A stretch of DNA of 64,000 nt from a virus, in IMG/VR virus record IMGVR_UViG_3300023174_000121, positions 21,947 to 85,946 of that record; one strand, given 5' to 3'. Each line of letters starts with the position of its first letter. Positions within the stretch are counted from its first letter, which is position 1. The translations under genes were made by a program, and so were the position numbers. The notes below the pieces were generated by a model, which saw nothing but the letters and a program-made list of their open reading frames with translations, had not been told where the DNA came from and did not search any database. Positions 36,871-46,840 of the stretch are shown here, piece by piece.

Positions 36871-37459
36871 CTTTTTTCACCTTAGTTTTATTAGCAGACT
36901 TCTCTGCCTTTTTACCTTTCAATCGTTTAATTACTTCTTCACCGCTCATCCAGATATCTTTGTTGTTCAATATGGACTTGATTTCTTCTTCGGTTAAGAA
37001 TCCTTCATATGATCCGCGTAAAATCTTTTCAGACCACTTGCGTTCGTGCGTAATGTTGTCGTACATTTCACCACCCTTACCCATAGTGATACCAGAGTAA
37101 TTGTGAAACATGAACATGGAATGTTCTGAGATTTCATGTGTATCTGCTGGTAAGAATATCATAGTTGCTGCAGACATGCAAGCGCCTTCTACGGAACAAA
37201 TCACATGTGCTTGCGTTTCTCCAAGAACTCTCAAAAATTGAATTGCGGTAAACAGATCGCCGCCTTGAGAATTGATGTGAATTTTAACAATGTCCATCTG
37301 AGATGCATTTCGAATAGTTTCGAACCATTCGATATAATCTTCTGGACTAGTGATTTGACCAGTAAGATAGAATGTATATAATTGCGCTACTGCTTTTGGC
37401 TGTCTGGCTTTTTTGTTGTCGTTAAAATTAAAAATTGAAACGGGTTTATCATCTTCCAT
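36770..37459 (-). CDS. ClpP-like serine protease
   Basis: IHINSQGGDL, GACMSAAT (catalytic Ser), FMFHN (His), DIWM. Confidence 0.85.
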   Translation of the reverse strand: MEDDKPVSIFNFNDNKKARQPKAVAQLYTFYLTGQITSPEDYIEWFETIRNASQMDIVKIHINSQGGDLFTAIQFLRVLGETQAHVICSVEGACMSAATMIFLPADTHEISEHSMFMFHNYSGITMGKGGEMYDNITHERKWSEKILRGSYEGFLTEEEIKSILNNKDIWMSGEEVIKRLKGKKAEKSANKTKVKKDDVKPEPVADKQPTNDGPVAPATKRPAKKPKQS

Positions 37460-37467
37460 AATGTACC

Positions 37468-38022
37468 TTATTGTAGTGTGTTATCATTCAAACCATATTT
37501 ACATATGTAGTATGCATCTATTAAATCTGATGATGGATTCCATTGCTTATCGGTCATATTAAATAATTGTTTTAGTTTCACCTCATTCTGTTCTTCAAAC
37601 ACTTCTTGCATACGCTCTTTGTTAGCATTTCCTTTTCCGCTTGCAAATTTCTTAATGACTGTTGGCGGAATCGTTTGAAATGGAATTCCAAAACTCCACA
37701 TGCGATATTTCAAAACTCCTGTGTTCTCTGCAATGTGAAACACTCGACCCTTTGATCCCATAGAATAGTCTTCCATGTATACTTTGTCAACTTCATTCTC
37801 CATTATTCTATCAAGAAAATAACTGGAGATTGTATCATATCTCTGCATTTCGTTGTCGTATTCGAAAAGCATTCCATGAATATTTTCTGAATCTATTTCA
37901 TACTTCTTACTTTGTGTAAGAAAATAGAATGTACAATTATCAAATGAAAATTCTCCAGATTCTGTATTGTAAACACACAATGCTGGAGAAGTCATCGAAT
38001 AGTCGATTCCAGCAACAATCAA
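37468..38022 (-). CDS. RuvC-like Holliday junction resolvase
   Basis: AGIDYSMTSPA, EDYS, KKFASGKGNANK, DLIDAY. Confidence 0.75.
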   Translation of the reverse strand: MIVAGIDYSMTSPALCVYNTESGEFSFDNCTFYFLTQSKKYEIDSENIHGMLFEYDNEMQRYDTISSYFLDRIMENEVDKVYMEDYSMGSKGRVFHIAENTGVLKYRMWSFGIPFQTIPPTVIKKFASGKGNANKERMQEVFEEQNEVKLKQLFNMTDKQWNPSSDLIDAYYICKYGLNDNTLQ

Positions 38023-38252
38023 TTATCTTCCCAGTCTTCAGAATTATCTTTAAAAGATTCTTCAACTAGTTTTTCCCAATCCTCTTCGTCTTCATCAAAG
38101 TCTAATTCTTCTTGACTATCGACAGCATTATTTTTATCTAAATCTGATCCACAAAATGAACATACTGTTGGCGGATCTCTAAATTCATCTCCCATCGGAA
38201 CTAACTTATATTCCGTATCACATGATTCGCAAAAAACTATAAAATTTGACAT
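38019..38252 (-). CDS. Zn-ribbon protein
   Basis: CESC...CSFCG and acidic tail. Confidence 0.7.
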   Translation of the reverse strand: MSNFIVFCESCDTEYKLVPMGDEFRDPPTVCSFCGSDLDKNNAVDSQEELDFDEDEEDWEKLVEESFKDNSEDWEDN

Positions 38253-38262
38253 ATGTGTCCCT

Positions 38263-38898
38263 CTATTCGTAAGTAACTATGTTGGTGTCACCTAAAGCCC
38301 ATTTTGAATTTTGTTCGACAATATATTTCTTAGTGCAAACTTTAAAGTCTGGAAAACTCAATTCTTTAGGATTCGAAGCTGCATCCAAAAATATTGTACG
38401 ATTATTTGGTTGTGCCGCATATTGCCCATTATCTAGTTCGATAAAATTAAAAGACTTGTGGTCTTCAGGCCATTCTGCGTATGTAGTATCTAAAATATTT
38501 GAATCTGGAGCACCATTATCTACCGTGAATAGATATCCACCACTATGCCACTCTTTGTTCTTTGCGTAAAACTTTGCTGTCAAATTTGAAAGAAATGATT
38601 TCTTAATCACAGTAATATCGTGACTAAAGCAATCCCAAATCTGAAGATAATCTAAAGGAAGAAACTTCTTAGCATCTAAATTCTTATTTCGCGAAACGTA
38701 TGCATGAAGAGGCAACTTATCATATAGCGCACCATATCTTGGAAGATATGCTTCTATACGAAATGCTTGTCCGCGAATTGATTTGATTGAAACCCAAATG
38801 CAAGGCTCGTATTCAAAAAATCCTTTTTCAAAGTCATAAAGAAATTCTTTCCTAACATAACAATGTACTGGAGGAAGATTTGCTACGAGAAATGCCAT
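38263..38898 (-). CDS. conserved phage hypothetical protein
   Basis: MAFLVANLPP, LQIWDCFS, NGQYAAQPNNR. Confidence 0.8.
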   Translation of the reverse strand: MAFLVANLPPVHCYVRKEFLYDFEKGFFEYEPCIWVSIKSIRGQAFRIEAYLPRYGALYDKLPLHAYVSRNKNLDAKKFLPLDYLQIWDCFSHDITVIKKSFLSNLTAKFYAKNKEWHSGGYLFTVDNGAPDSNILDTTYAEWPEDHKSFNFIELDNGQYAAQPNNRTIFLDAASNPKELSFPDFKVCTKKYIVEQNSKWALGDTNIVTYE

Positions 38899-38899
38899 A

Positions 38900-39133
38900 T
38901 TATTCCTTAATTACTTTTAAGTTTAGAACAAAATTTTCTACAACTAATTTTGTAATTGTTGCAAGCATTGCTACTTGATTTTCAATTTGCCATGGCTCAT
39001 TGAATTTTTCTAGAATAGATGCACCAATCAAACGATATGCATCTTCTTCATTAATAGTTAGCATTCCCCAATCGATCGGATCTTCCATTTCGATTTCTTT
39101 TGCTAAAGTCACAAGTGTTTCAAGTGTAATCAT
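38900..39133 (-). CDS. hypothetical protein
   Basis: Coupled to the nrdB stop; KLVVENF. Confidence 0.65.
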   Translation of the reverse strand: MITLETLVTLAKEIEMEDPIDWGMLTINEEDAYRLIGASILEKFNEPWQIENQVAMLATITKLVVENFVLNLKVIKE

Positions 39134-40116
39134 GCTGCTTTGCCCCATACGTCATCCCATTTACCGCTCAATGCACCCTTTGCATAGTCGGTAGCACGGT
39201 TTTCAAAAAAGTTAGTGTGTGTTGGTGCATTAATCATTTCTTCAACCCATGGTAAAGGATTCTTTTTACGTTTAAAGATTCCTTTCATGCCAAGTGAAAT
39301 AAGTCTACGATCAGCAATGTATCTAATATATTCTTTAACGTCTTCTGAAGATAAGTTCTCCATCGGACCCATGCTAAATGCTAAATCAATAAACTTATCT
39401 TCTAGCTGAACCATTTTCTCTGCGATAGTATATATCTCTGATTTTAATTCATCAACCCAAATTTCTCTGTTTTCTTCAATGTAAGTTCTAAACAATTTAA
39501 TCATAGACTCAGCGTGTTGTGTTTCATCAACAATCGACCATGTAATGATTTGTCCCATGCCTTTCATCTTTCCATGTCTAGGAAAATTTAATAGCATAAT
39601 GAACGAAGAGAACAATTGCATACCTTCTGTGAATGCAGAAAACACAGCAATGTGCTTTGCGATAGATCCTTTGTTTCCATTCTTTGATGAAATATCTAAA
39701 ATATATTCGTGCTTCTCGCGCATTTGTTGATACTCTAGAAACTCACTATAAGTTGTTTCTGGTAGTCCTAGTGTTTCAATCAAATGTGAATATGCAGCAA
39801 CGTGTAATGCTTCTCTTGCTGCGAAGCCAAGCAACATCATTCTTACTTCTGGTTGAGGAAAATATGGCAAATAATTCCCAACATAACCACCAGCAACGTC
39901 AATGTCGCCTTGCGTGAAAAATCGAAATATATGTGTAAGAAATGACTTTTCTTGTTCTGTTAGCTTCTTCTTCCAATCTTTTACGTCTTCTGCCATTGGA
40001 ACCTCGGTATGCAACCAATGCGACTGCTCATGCTTTAGCCATGCGTCATATGCCCAAGGATAATTAAATGGTTTAAATTCATCTCTTCCCAACATTACGT
40101 TTTTTAACTTTGACAT
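39130..40116 (-). CDS. nrdB: ribonucleotide reductase class Ia beta subunit
   Basis: FFTQGD, REALHVAAY, EGMQLFSSF, DETQH, NFFENRATDY. Confidence 0.97.
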   Translation of the reverse strand: MSKLKNVMLGRDEFKPFNYPWAYDAWLKHEQSHWLHTEVPMAEDVKDWKKKLTEQEKSFLTHIFRFFTQGDIDVAGGYVGNYLPYFPQPEVRMMLLGFAAREALHVAAYSHLIETLGLPETTYSEFLEYQQMREKHEYILDISSKNGNKGSIAKHIAVFSAFTEGMQLFSSFIMLLNFPRHGKMKGMGQIITWSIVDETQHAESMIKLFRTYIEENREIWVDELKSEIYTIAEKMVQLEDKFIDLAFSMGPMENLSSEDVKEYIRYIADRRLISLGMKGIFKRKKNPLPWVEEMINAPTHTNFFENRATDYAKGALSGKWDDVWGKAA

Positions 40117-40117
40117 T

Positions 40118-41116
40118 TTATCTCGCTCTAATTAAGTTATCTTTAAAAATATCCCAGCAACTCTTCCAAGTCCATCTCTTTGAAGACTCTTGTACTTTAA
40201 CTCTATTTAAATACAAACAGCCTTCAATGCATTCGTATAAACTATTTCCCACATATCCATTCACACTATTTAAAATAATATCTTTTGGTCCAGTAACATC
40301 ATATGCTGCAACTGGTGTACCAAGACTCATTGCTTCAATCATTACTATTCCAAATGTATCGTTTCTACTTGGAAAACAAAATACATCTGCAGATGCGTAA
40401 TGATTAGCTAATTCGACTCCAATCTTATATCCAACAAATTCTACTCTAGAATATCTCTTCTCTAATTCTTTTCTATATGGCCCATCACCAACAATGACAA
40501 TATTAAATTCATTTTCATATTGGCAAAGATCGTCTAAATTCTTTTCTTTTGAAACTCTACCAACATAAAGAACTTTTGGAACAATTTGTTTCAGATGTCT
40601 TACGCTTGGATTCAACTGTTCTCTATTTACACCTCTAGTCCATGGGATTATATCAGATCTAAAGCCTCTTGTCTTTAATTCATCAACCATAGAATTTGTG
40701 GTAGTTAAGACTCTACCAGAATGTTTATGAAACCATCTAACATAACGATAGGTTAATTTTGTGGGTATCTTATATATCGTATTCAGAAACTCTGGAAACT
40801 TCGTATGATAGCTTGTATTATAAAAGTATCCATTTCTGTCGCACCAAATTCTTGCTGCTAAACCTACGGGCCCTTCCGTAGCAATGTGAATGTGATCTGG
40901 ATTAATCTCTTCAATTCTTTTTCCGATTCCTCTAGGCCAAGCGATTTTAACTTCAGCATAACCAGGACAATTAATATAATGGAACTGCCCGGGATCAATA
41001 TAAACAAAATCGTACCCATCAGAATCAGCGCATATTTCAATATTGTTAAAAGTCGAGACAACCCCATTTATTTGATCCTTTAGATTGTCTGTGACAATTA
41101 AGATTTTTTTACGCAT
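40118..41116 (-). CDS. GT4 glycosyltransferase, Agt-like (DAG glycosyltransferase)
   Basis: IVTD...QINGVV, HIATEGPVG, TSYHTKFPEF, WTRGV, YVGRVSKEKN, FPSRNDTFGIVMIEA. Confidence 0.85.
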   Translation of the reverse strand: MRKKILIVTDNLKDQINGVVSTFNNIEICADSDGYDFVYIDPGQFHYINCPGYAEVKIAWPRGIGKRIEEINPDHIHIATEGPVGLAARIWCDRNGYFYNTSYHTKFPEFLNTIYKIPTKLTYRYVRWFHKHSGRVLTTTNSMVDELKTRGFRSDIIPWTRGVNREQLNPSVRHLKQIVPKVLYVGRVSKEKNLDDLCQYENEFNIVIVGDGPYRKELEKRYSRVEFVGYKIGVELANHYASADVFCFPSRNDTFGIVMIEAMSLGTPVAAYDVTGPKDIILNSVNGYVGNSLYECIEGCLYLNRVKVQESSKRWTWKSCWDIFKDNLIRAR

Positions 41117-41224
41117 TTACCTTCTACCTTAAATGTATCAAATTTTAACCAATATTTTAAAGTGCTTAAACTATGTTCACATGATTCTTTTGTTTCAAAT
41201 TCTAAAGATAATCTACCAGGTATG

Positions 41225-42016
41225 TCATTCGGATTCGTCGAGTGTACCGCTATCAATAGTAGTAACCACATTTGAGTCTCCTTTAGTATATGTTAAGATT
41301 TCCCATCTTCCATCTACATGTTCAACTAATGCAGTCAATGATTCAACCCAGTCACCATCATTCATATAGATTATACCATCTATTGTTTTAATCTCTGCAT
41401 GATGTATATGCCCACATATAACGCCATCGAATCCACGTTTCTTGCAATACTCTGCTAAATTTCTTTCGAATTGAAAGATAAAGTCTACTGCTTTCTTTAC
41501 TCTATGCTTAAGGTATTTGCTAAGACTAAAGTACCCAAAACCAAGACGATGGCGTATCCAATTGTATTTGCTATTAATCGATAAAATAAAGTCATATGCT
41601 TTATCCCCTAAAAATGCTAGCCAAGGTGCAAGTCTAGTAATACCATCAAATAGATCACCATGAGTTACTAGATATCTTTTACCATCAACACCTAGATGTT
41701 CATATTGATTATGAATCTCGATACGACCAAATGCAAGTTTATATTGCATGAATGGACGTAAGAATTCATCATGATTACCAGCAATGTAAATTACTTTACT
41801 GCCATCTTTGCTATAGTTTAAAAATCTACGAATTACATTAGAGTGACTTTGTTTCCAATGTAATTTGTTTTGTTGTATTTTCCATCCATCAATGATATCA
41901 CCAACAAGATATAATGTATCACAACTATTTTTTTTTAGAAAATTGTTTAGTCTATCAGCCTTACATTCTTTAGATCCCAAATGAACATCAGATATGAAGA
42001 TTGATTTGTAATGCAT
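41225..42016 (-). CDS. PlcP-like / LpxH-like metallophosphoesterase
   Basis: ISDVHLG, VGDIIDGW, GNHDE, THGD, CGHIHHAE, NDGDWVES. Confidence 0.88.
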   Translation of the reverse strand: MHYKSIFISDVHLGSKECKADRLNNFLKKNSCDTLYLVGDIIDGWKIQQNKLHWKQSHSNVIRRFLNYSKDGSKVIYIAGNHDEFLRPFMQYKLAFGRIEIHNQYEHLGVDGKRYLVTHGDLFDGITRLAPWLAFLGDKAYDFILSINSKYNWIRHRLGFGYFSLSKYLKHRVKKAVDFIFQFERNLAEYCKKRGFDGVICGHIHHAEIKTIDGIIYMNDGDWVESLTALVEHVDGRWEILTYTKGDSNVVTTIDSGTLDESE

Positions 42017-42118
42017 TTTACTCCTTTGTTACCAGTGATGCCATGCGTTGAGTATGATATGTATGCAGGTGATCATTTCGACTATGCGAAATAACCACCA
42101 TATGTAAACATTATTCAT

Positions 42119-43924
42119 TTACCCCTCACATGCTAAACAAGTATCTCCTTCAATAAGTGCTTTCATATCTAATTCTTTGATTGCTTCACGTTCGATTCGT
42201 TTTGCAACTTTGTCTGCTTTACCGATCTTCTCAGAACGACAATAGTAAAGCGTCTTTAAACCTTGCTTCCATGCTTGAAAGTGTACAGCATGTAAATATT
42301 TGATATTAACATCTGGTCTAAAGAATAGATTCAATGATTGTGCTTGATCTATGTATTCTTGTCTATCTGCAGCATGACTGACTAGCCAACGCTGATCAAT
42401 CTCCATAGAAGTCTTGAATACATCCTTTGTCCAATCATCCATCCATGTCAAATGTTGACAAGATCCATCATTTGCAATAATGCTCGACCATATTTCATTA
42501 TATTCATCACCACTAATTGAAGCATTGTCATTTCCGTGCTGAAGATATTTTTCGATAACTCTATTCAACCATTTATTCTTATTTAACGAAGATCCCGAAA
42601 GAGTATCTTGCCGATAAGCATTAGCCCGATAAGGCTCAATACTAGGGCTAGTGTTCCCCATAATGATGGAAGAACTAGCATTAGGAGCAATGGCCATAAG
42701 ATGACTAAATCGTAAGCCAGTACCAACGGCGTCAGGCGCTTCACCTCGTATTTTGCCCAATTCAAGATTTGCATTGTTTAATCCTTCTCTAATGTGTTTA
42801 AAAATTTGTCTATTTCTTCCTACTGCGAGTGCTGATTCGAACGGTGTGTTATTTCGTTGTAAATAAGCATGGAAGCCAAGAGCACCGATGCCAATACTCC
42901 GCTCACGACTGGCAGAGAACCTTGCACGTTCCACGGCTGTAGGCGCATTATCAATGAAATACTGAAGAACATTGTCAAGCATTTCAGCAATATCACGCAA
43001 GAAAGTTGGATGGTCTTTCCATTCATCAAAATACTCCAAATTAACAGATGATAAGCAACACACGGCAGTTCTAGTTCTATCTGTAGCTAGAATAATTTCT
43101 GAGCATAGATTACTTTGTTTGATTGACAAGCCTAAGTCTTTTTGAAACTGTGGCATTGCTCTATTGCTTGCGTCAATGAAGTGTAGATAAGGCTCACCAG
43201 TTTGCATACGAATATCAAGAATGCGCTGCCACAAGTCTTTAGCAGAAACTACTTCTCGCACCTCATTGCTATGTGGATCACGCAATTCCCAAGAATCATC
43301 AAAGTTCTTATCCAGCATTGAATTTTCAATGATCTTCATGAATGCGTCTGGAATATTGATTCCATGATGTAGATTCAAGCAACGAAGATTAGGATCGCCC
43401 GTAGGCTTTCTCATTTCAAGAAATAGAAGAATGTCAGGATGAGAAATATCAAGGTATGTAGCGTAACTACCGCGACGAGTCCTACCTTGTCTATAAGCGA
43501 GAGATGATGCGTCATATGTGCGAAGGTGTGGCATGACTCCAACCGACTTATCATCCGAACTACGAATGCCGATACCAATTCCAACTCCACCTCCTAGCAT
43601 TGAAAGCCAATTCACCTCAGCAAGACAGTCTACCAATCCTTCTGCACTATCATGTAGGAACGGAAGAAAGCAGCTGATAGGCAAGCCACGCCTAGAGCGA
43701 CCAAAACTAAGAATGGGAGTAGAATAACTAAGCCAATGCCTGCTAGAATAATCGTACAGACGCTGAGCATGATCTTTATTCGATCCAAAAGCGTTTGAAA
43801 CATATGCAAATCTCTCCTGTGGTGACACTTCATCTTCTCGCATGTACGATTCTTTGAGTCTCTTAATTCCCAATTCATCAAAGAGCGAGTCTCTACTATA
43901 GTCTAAAACAATTTCATTTTTCAT
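42119..43924 (-). CDS. nrdA: ribonucleotide reductase class Ia alpha subunit (no ATP cone)
   Basis: PISCF, QGRTRRGS, SNLCSEI, AIAPNASSS, DQAQSLN, KTLYYCR, C-terminal CLACEG. Confidence 0.97.
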   Translation of the reverse strand: MKNEIVLDYSRDSLFDELGIKRLKESYMREDEVSPQERFAYVSNAFGSNKDHAQRLYDYSSRHWLSYSTPILSFGRSRRGLPISCFLPFLHDSAEGLVDCLAEVNWLSMLGGGVGIGIGIRSSDDKSVGVMPHLRTYDASSLAYRQGRTRRGSYATYLDISHPDILLFLEMRKPTGDPNLRCLNLHHGINIPDAFMKIIENSMLDKNFDDSWELRDPHSNEVREVVSAKDLWQRILDIRMQTGEPYLHFIDASNRAMPQFQKDLGLSIKQSNLCSEIILATDRTRTAVCCLSSVNLEYFDEWKDHPTFLRDIAEMLDNVLQYFIDNAPTAVERARFSASRERSIGIGALGFHAYLQRNNTPFESALAVGRNRQIFKHIREGLNNANLELGKIRGEAPDAVGTGLRFSHLMAIAPNASSSIIMGNTSPSIEPYRANAYRQDTLSGSSLNKNKWLNRVIEKYLQHGNDNASISGDEYNEIWSSIIANDGSCQHLTWMDDWTKDVFKTSMEIDQRWLVSHAADRQEYIDQAQSLNLFFRPDVNIKYLHAVHFQAWKQGLKTLYYCRSEKIGKADKVAKRIEREAIKELDMKALIEGDTCLACEG

Positions 43925-44620
43925 TCAACCCTCTCTTATACTTTTAATTATTGGAAATACTTTTGCAATTACTTCTGCACATGCTCTTGCAATTTCTGCG
44001 TGTTCAAGCTGTGTTCCATTTCCATCTCTGAGTTCGATGTAGTGGATCCAAGATCTAAGTGTTCCGTTGACGTAGAGTCTTGAGAGCGTGTTTCCTTCAG
44101 GAAGAACCACTCGCGCCTGCTCCTTTGCGATGCCATTACTAATCGCCCAACTGTACGCATTGATAGCCTCTCTAATTACATTATCTTGAAGTTTATTCCA
44201 CTGCTTCTGTAACTCAGCATCATCAGTCTTTATGCTATTCTGTCTATTTTTTACGTCTTGGAGTCTAGCTTCTCTAAGTACGAAATTGAGTTCCTTAGTT
44301 GGGTCAGCATATCGCTGGCTAAATTCTTGGAACGAGAAACTTCTGTGTCGCAGGAGCTGTCTTGCAATGTCTCTTGTAGTTTCGATTTCGAGACAAACTG
44401 AGACCATTTCGAGTGGGCTCCAGTGCTTGTTTCGTATGAGGTATTTGATGAGTTTTTCTGAAGTGTCGCTATTGGACTGATTGCTTGGATTCGATACTCG
44501 CGCACAATACGCAACGAGTTCTTGTAGGTTGGGTAGTTCAAATTCAACTCCGTCTAATTTATCAGGATCAACTGCTTGCTGCGAATAACTAACTAATTTT
44601 ACTGTCATACCATTCTCCAT
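43925..44620 (-). CDS. thyX: flavin-dependent thymidylate synthase
   Basis: HWSPLEM, RHRSFSFQEFSQRY, KEQAR, TQLEH. Confidence 0.96.
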   Translation of the reverse strand: MENGMTVKLVSYSQQAVDPDKLDGVEFELPNLQELVAYCARVSNPSNQSNSDTSEKLIKYLIRNKHWSPLEMVSVCLEIETTRDIARQLLRHRSFSFQEFSQRYADPTKELNFVLREARLQDVKNRQNSIKTDDAELQKQWNKLQDNVIREAINAYSWAISNGIAKEQARVVLPEGNTLSRLYVNGTLRSWIHYIELRDGNGTQLEHAEIARACAEVIAKVFPIIKSIREG

Positions 44621-45630
44621 TCATTATAACACAATAATGCTTCCGCGTTCTGAAAAGTATTTTTATTTATTGTATTGAGGATCTCTTCCTCACTCTTCCC
44701 AGCTAGTACCATCTCATTAATATCTTTTTCTTTAAAAGATTTGGGCCAGATACAGATTTTTGCTGAAGCATCAATAGCACTTTTCATTTCTCTAACGATC
44801 TCTTTGTTTCTTGGTTCATTGTCATAGATTAGAACAATGTTCTCATTTGAATCCATGACTTTGATTGCATACTTTAGATTTGAGTTTCCAACGGCAACAG
44901 CATTTGGAAGAAACAAACTATCAATAGCACCTTCGGTAACGTATATAGAATCATTTTTATTGATGTGATTCATATTGAATAGCATCGGCAATTCATCTTT
45001 GATTCTCAATACAAGATATCTTTGCTTTTCACCACGAATACCACGACAAGATAAGCCAACCAATTCATTTTCACCATCATAGAATGGAAAAACAATTCTT
45101 GGCTCTTCGGTTACAATCTTCGATTCATACTCTGGCGAAAACGATTTGAGTTTTTGTACATTGTCAACAAAATACAATTCACTAAATTTTGCTTTAGGAA
45201 TTCTTCGCTTGTTTGCATAAACAATAGCTTCATGCATAGAATCAAGTTCAGACAAAGGAATAAGAATGCCTTTAAAGTTTTCAGACTTGTTACTTCCAAA
45301 CTTTACTGGCTTAAATACGAATCCGTGCTCTTTGTGTGGCTTTCTTCCAGTCTCGCCTTCTTTATATCGCTCTAAGCAATATTCTTTGTAAAGATTTGGA
45401 TCTACAGCTTTAATTAGATTACCTAGAGTAGTGCTTGCAGAACAATTATGGCATTTGTAAAACATGCCACCCTTTTGCGCGAATATGTATCCGCGAGCCT
45501 TTGTTCTATTTGTTTGGGAGTCTCCGCAAATTGGACAGCGGAAGTTATATAGATAATCGCTTTTACGAACGAATTTATCTAAACGAACGGAAATACATCC
45601 GATGTATTTGTGATCGATCCACATGCTCAT
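44605..45630 (-). CDS. 61: DNA primase gp61
   Basis: NFRCPICGDS...KCHNC, TEGAIDSLF, YDNEPRN, KDINEM. Confidence 0.95.
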   Translation of the reverse strand: MSMWIDHKYIGCISVRLDKFVRKSDYLYNFRCPICGDSQTNRTKARGYIFAQKGGMFYKCHNCSASTTLGNLIKAVDPNLYKEYCLERYKEGETGRKPHKEHGFVFKPVKFGSNKSENFKGILIPLSELDSMHEAIVYANKRRIPKAKFSELYFVDNVQKLKSFSPEYESKIVTEEPRIVFPFYDGENELVGLSCRGIRGEKQRYLVLRIKDELPMLFNMNHINKNDSIYVTEGAIDSLFLPNAVAVGNSNLKYAIKVMDSNENIVLIYDNEPRNKEIVREMKSAIDASAKICIWPKSFKEKDINEMVLAGKSEEEILNTINKNTFQNAEALLCYNEWRMV

Positions 45631-45663
45631 AATATTGTCTGCGCTCTGTTACAAGTATCTTAC

Positions 45664-45692
45664 AGTATAGCGCATCTTGAGAGGAGAGTCAA
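45664..45692 (-). promoter_or_regulatory. sigma70-type promoter upstream of primase
   Basis: TTGACT-N17-TATACT. Confidence 0.65.
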
Positions 45693-45693
45693 G

Positions 45694-46131
45694 TCAATGG
45701 AAAAGTTTCGCTAACCCTTCAAGTTTTAGTTGCGACACGATCCAGACAGCAACCCCAATTCCTCCAGCAACCATCCAACGCCACTCTAGTAGCTTCTTGA
45801 ATTCGCCATCTTCTTTTTTGTTATGTTCGCTAATATCATTTCGCAAGGACTTGATTTCGTCCATGATTCTACGTTCAGTCAGTTCAACCTTATCCGACAA
45901 TTCTCTACTAATTGTGGTAATTCTTGAGTGCAATTCTTTTACATCCGTGTTGGTGTCTGACTTTCGTTTTTCCATATCTTGGTATATTTGTGCGATCATC
46001 TTGTCGTTATTATCAACAAGTTTTTCGATCAATGTATCTATTTTATTACAAAGTTGGGTGAGTGTCAAGACTTTTTCCTTCAACACCTCAACGTCAACTC
46101 TTAAGGATTCTTGTATTTCGTTTGCAGCCAT
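45694..46131 (-). CDS. coiled-coil protein with C-terminal TM (holin-like candidate)
   Basis: ELHSRITT...LEWRWMVAGGIGVAVWIV; adjacent to the spanins. Confidence 0.6.
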   Translation of the reverse strand: MAANEIQESLRVDVEVLKEKVLTLTQLCNKIDTLIEKLVDNNDKMIAQIYQDMEKRKSDTNTDVKELHSRITTISRELSDKVELTERRIMDEIKSLRNDISEHNKKEDGEFKKLLEWRWMVAGGIGVAVWIVSQLKLEGLAKLFH

Positions 46132-46133
46132 TT

Positions 46134-46403
46134 TTAGTCGCTAGCCTTTTCATAGATTTGTTTTTGTTTTTGATACCATTCAATCCACGAATCAGTCTTA
46201 GCTGAACACTCATGATACAACGAATAATTTTGTGATACTGTCTTTGCTACATCACTTAATTTTGCTTCGGCTTCTATTTTTTTCAAAGATGAACATTTTT
46301 CTAGAATGTATTTATTTGCTTCTGGAAATCTGGCAACTATTGGAACAGGTTGTGTTGCACATCCAACAACAAACAATAATAAAAATAATGAAATCTTTTT
46401 CAT
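46134..46403 (-). CDS. o-spanin (Rz1-like lipoprotein)
   Basis: FVVGC lipobox, NYSLYHEC...WIEWY. Confidence 0.75.
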   Translation of the reverse strand: MKKISLFLLLFVVGCATQPVPIVARFPEANKYILEKCSSLKKIEAEAKLSDVAKTVSQNYSLYHECSAKTDSWIEWYQKQKQIYEKASD

Positions 46404-46825
46404 TGCTTAAATCCTTCTGAAGAATCATTTAATGATTTAATAAACTCTTGTGGGATTTCACATTTAGAATCATATTTCACAACTTCTTTATCAATGTATT
46501 TCACAACTTCTTCACCACGTTCTTTGATGATCTGTTTCTTTGTTACAATTTTTTCTACTATCTTTATATTTTCTTTTATAGATTGAACTTCACTACTTGC
46601 TAATTTGACTTCTAGTTCTTTTACTTTTGCTTCCCAAATATCTCTTTCACTATTGATACCAATCATTAAACAACTAAAACATAAAATAAAAATACCAATA
46701 AATTTAATAACAATCTTATAAAGATTGTTTGGAATGAACAACGAAATTACAATTACAAGAATTCCAAGTAGAAAACTTAATTGTGAAACCCAGTTTGGTA
46801 CATGCTCTAATAACCACATTATCAT
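46400..46825 (-). CDS. i-spanin (Rz-like)
   Basis: N-terminal TMs, coiled coil, CEIP near C-terminus; directly upstream of the lipoprotein. Confidence 0.72.
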   Translation of the reverse strand: MIMWLLEHVPNWVSQLSFLLGILVIVISLFIPNNLYKIVIKFIGIFILCFSCLMIGINSERDIWEAKVKELEVKLASSEVQSIKENIKIVEKIVTKKQIIKERGEEVVKYIDKEVVKYDSKCEIPQEFIKSLNDSSEGFKQ

Positions 46826-46840
46826 AATAATGCTCCGTCT

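Noticed and set aside
41225-42016. Lipid A biosynthesis LpxH
   Set aside because: It has GNHD rather than the LpxH GNRD motif and pairs with an Agt-like GT4, so PlcP-like is preferred. This still needs a phylogeny.
39130-43924. Introns or inteins in nrdA/nrdB
   Set aside because: Both ORFs are continuous and compact, with no intein motifs.
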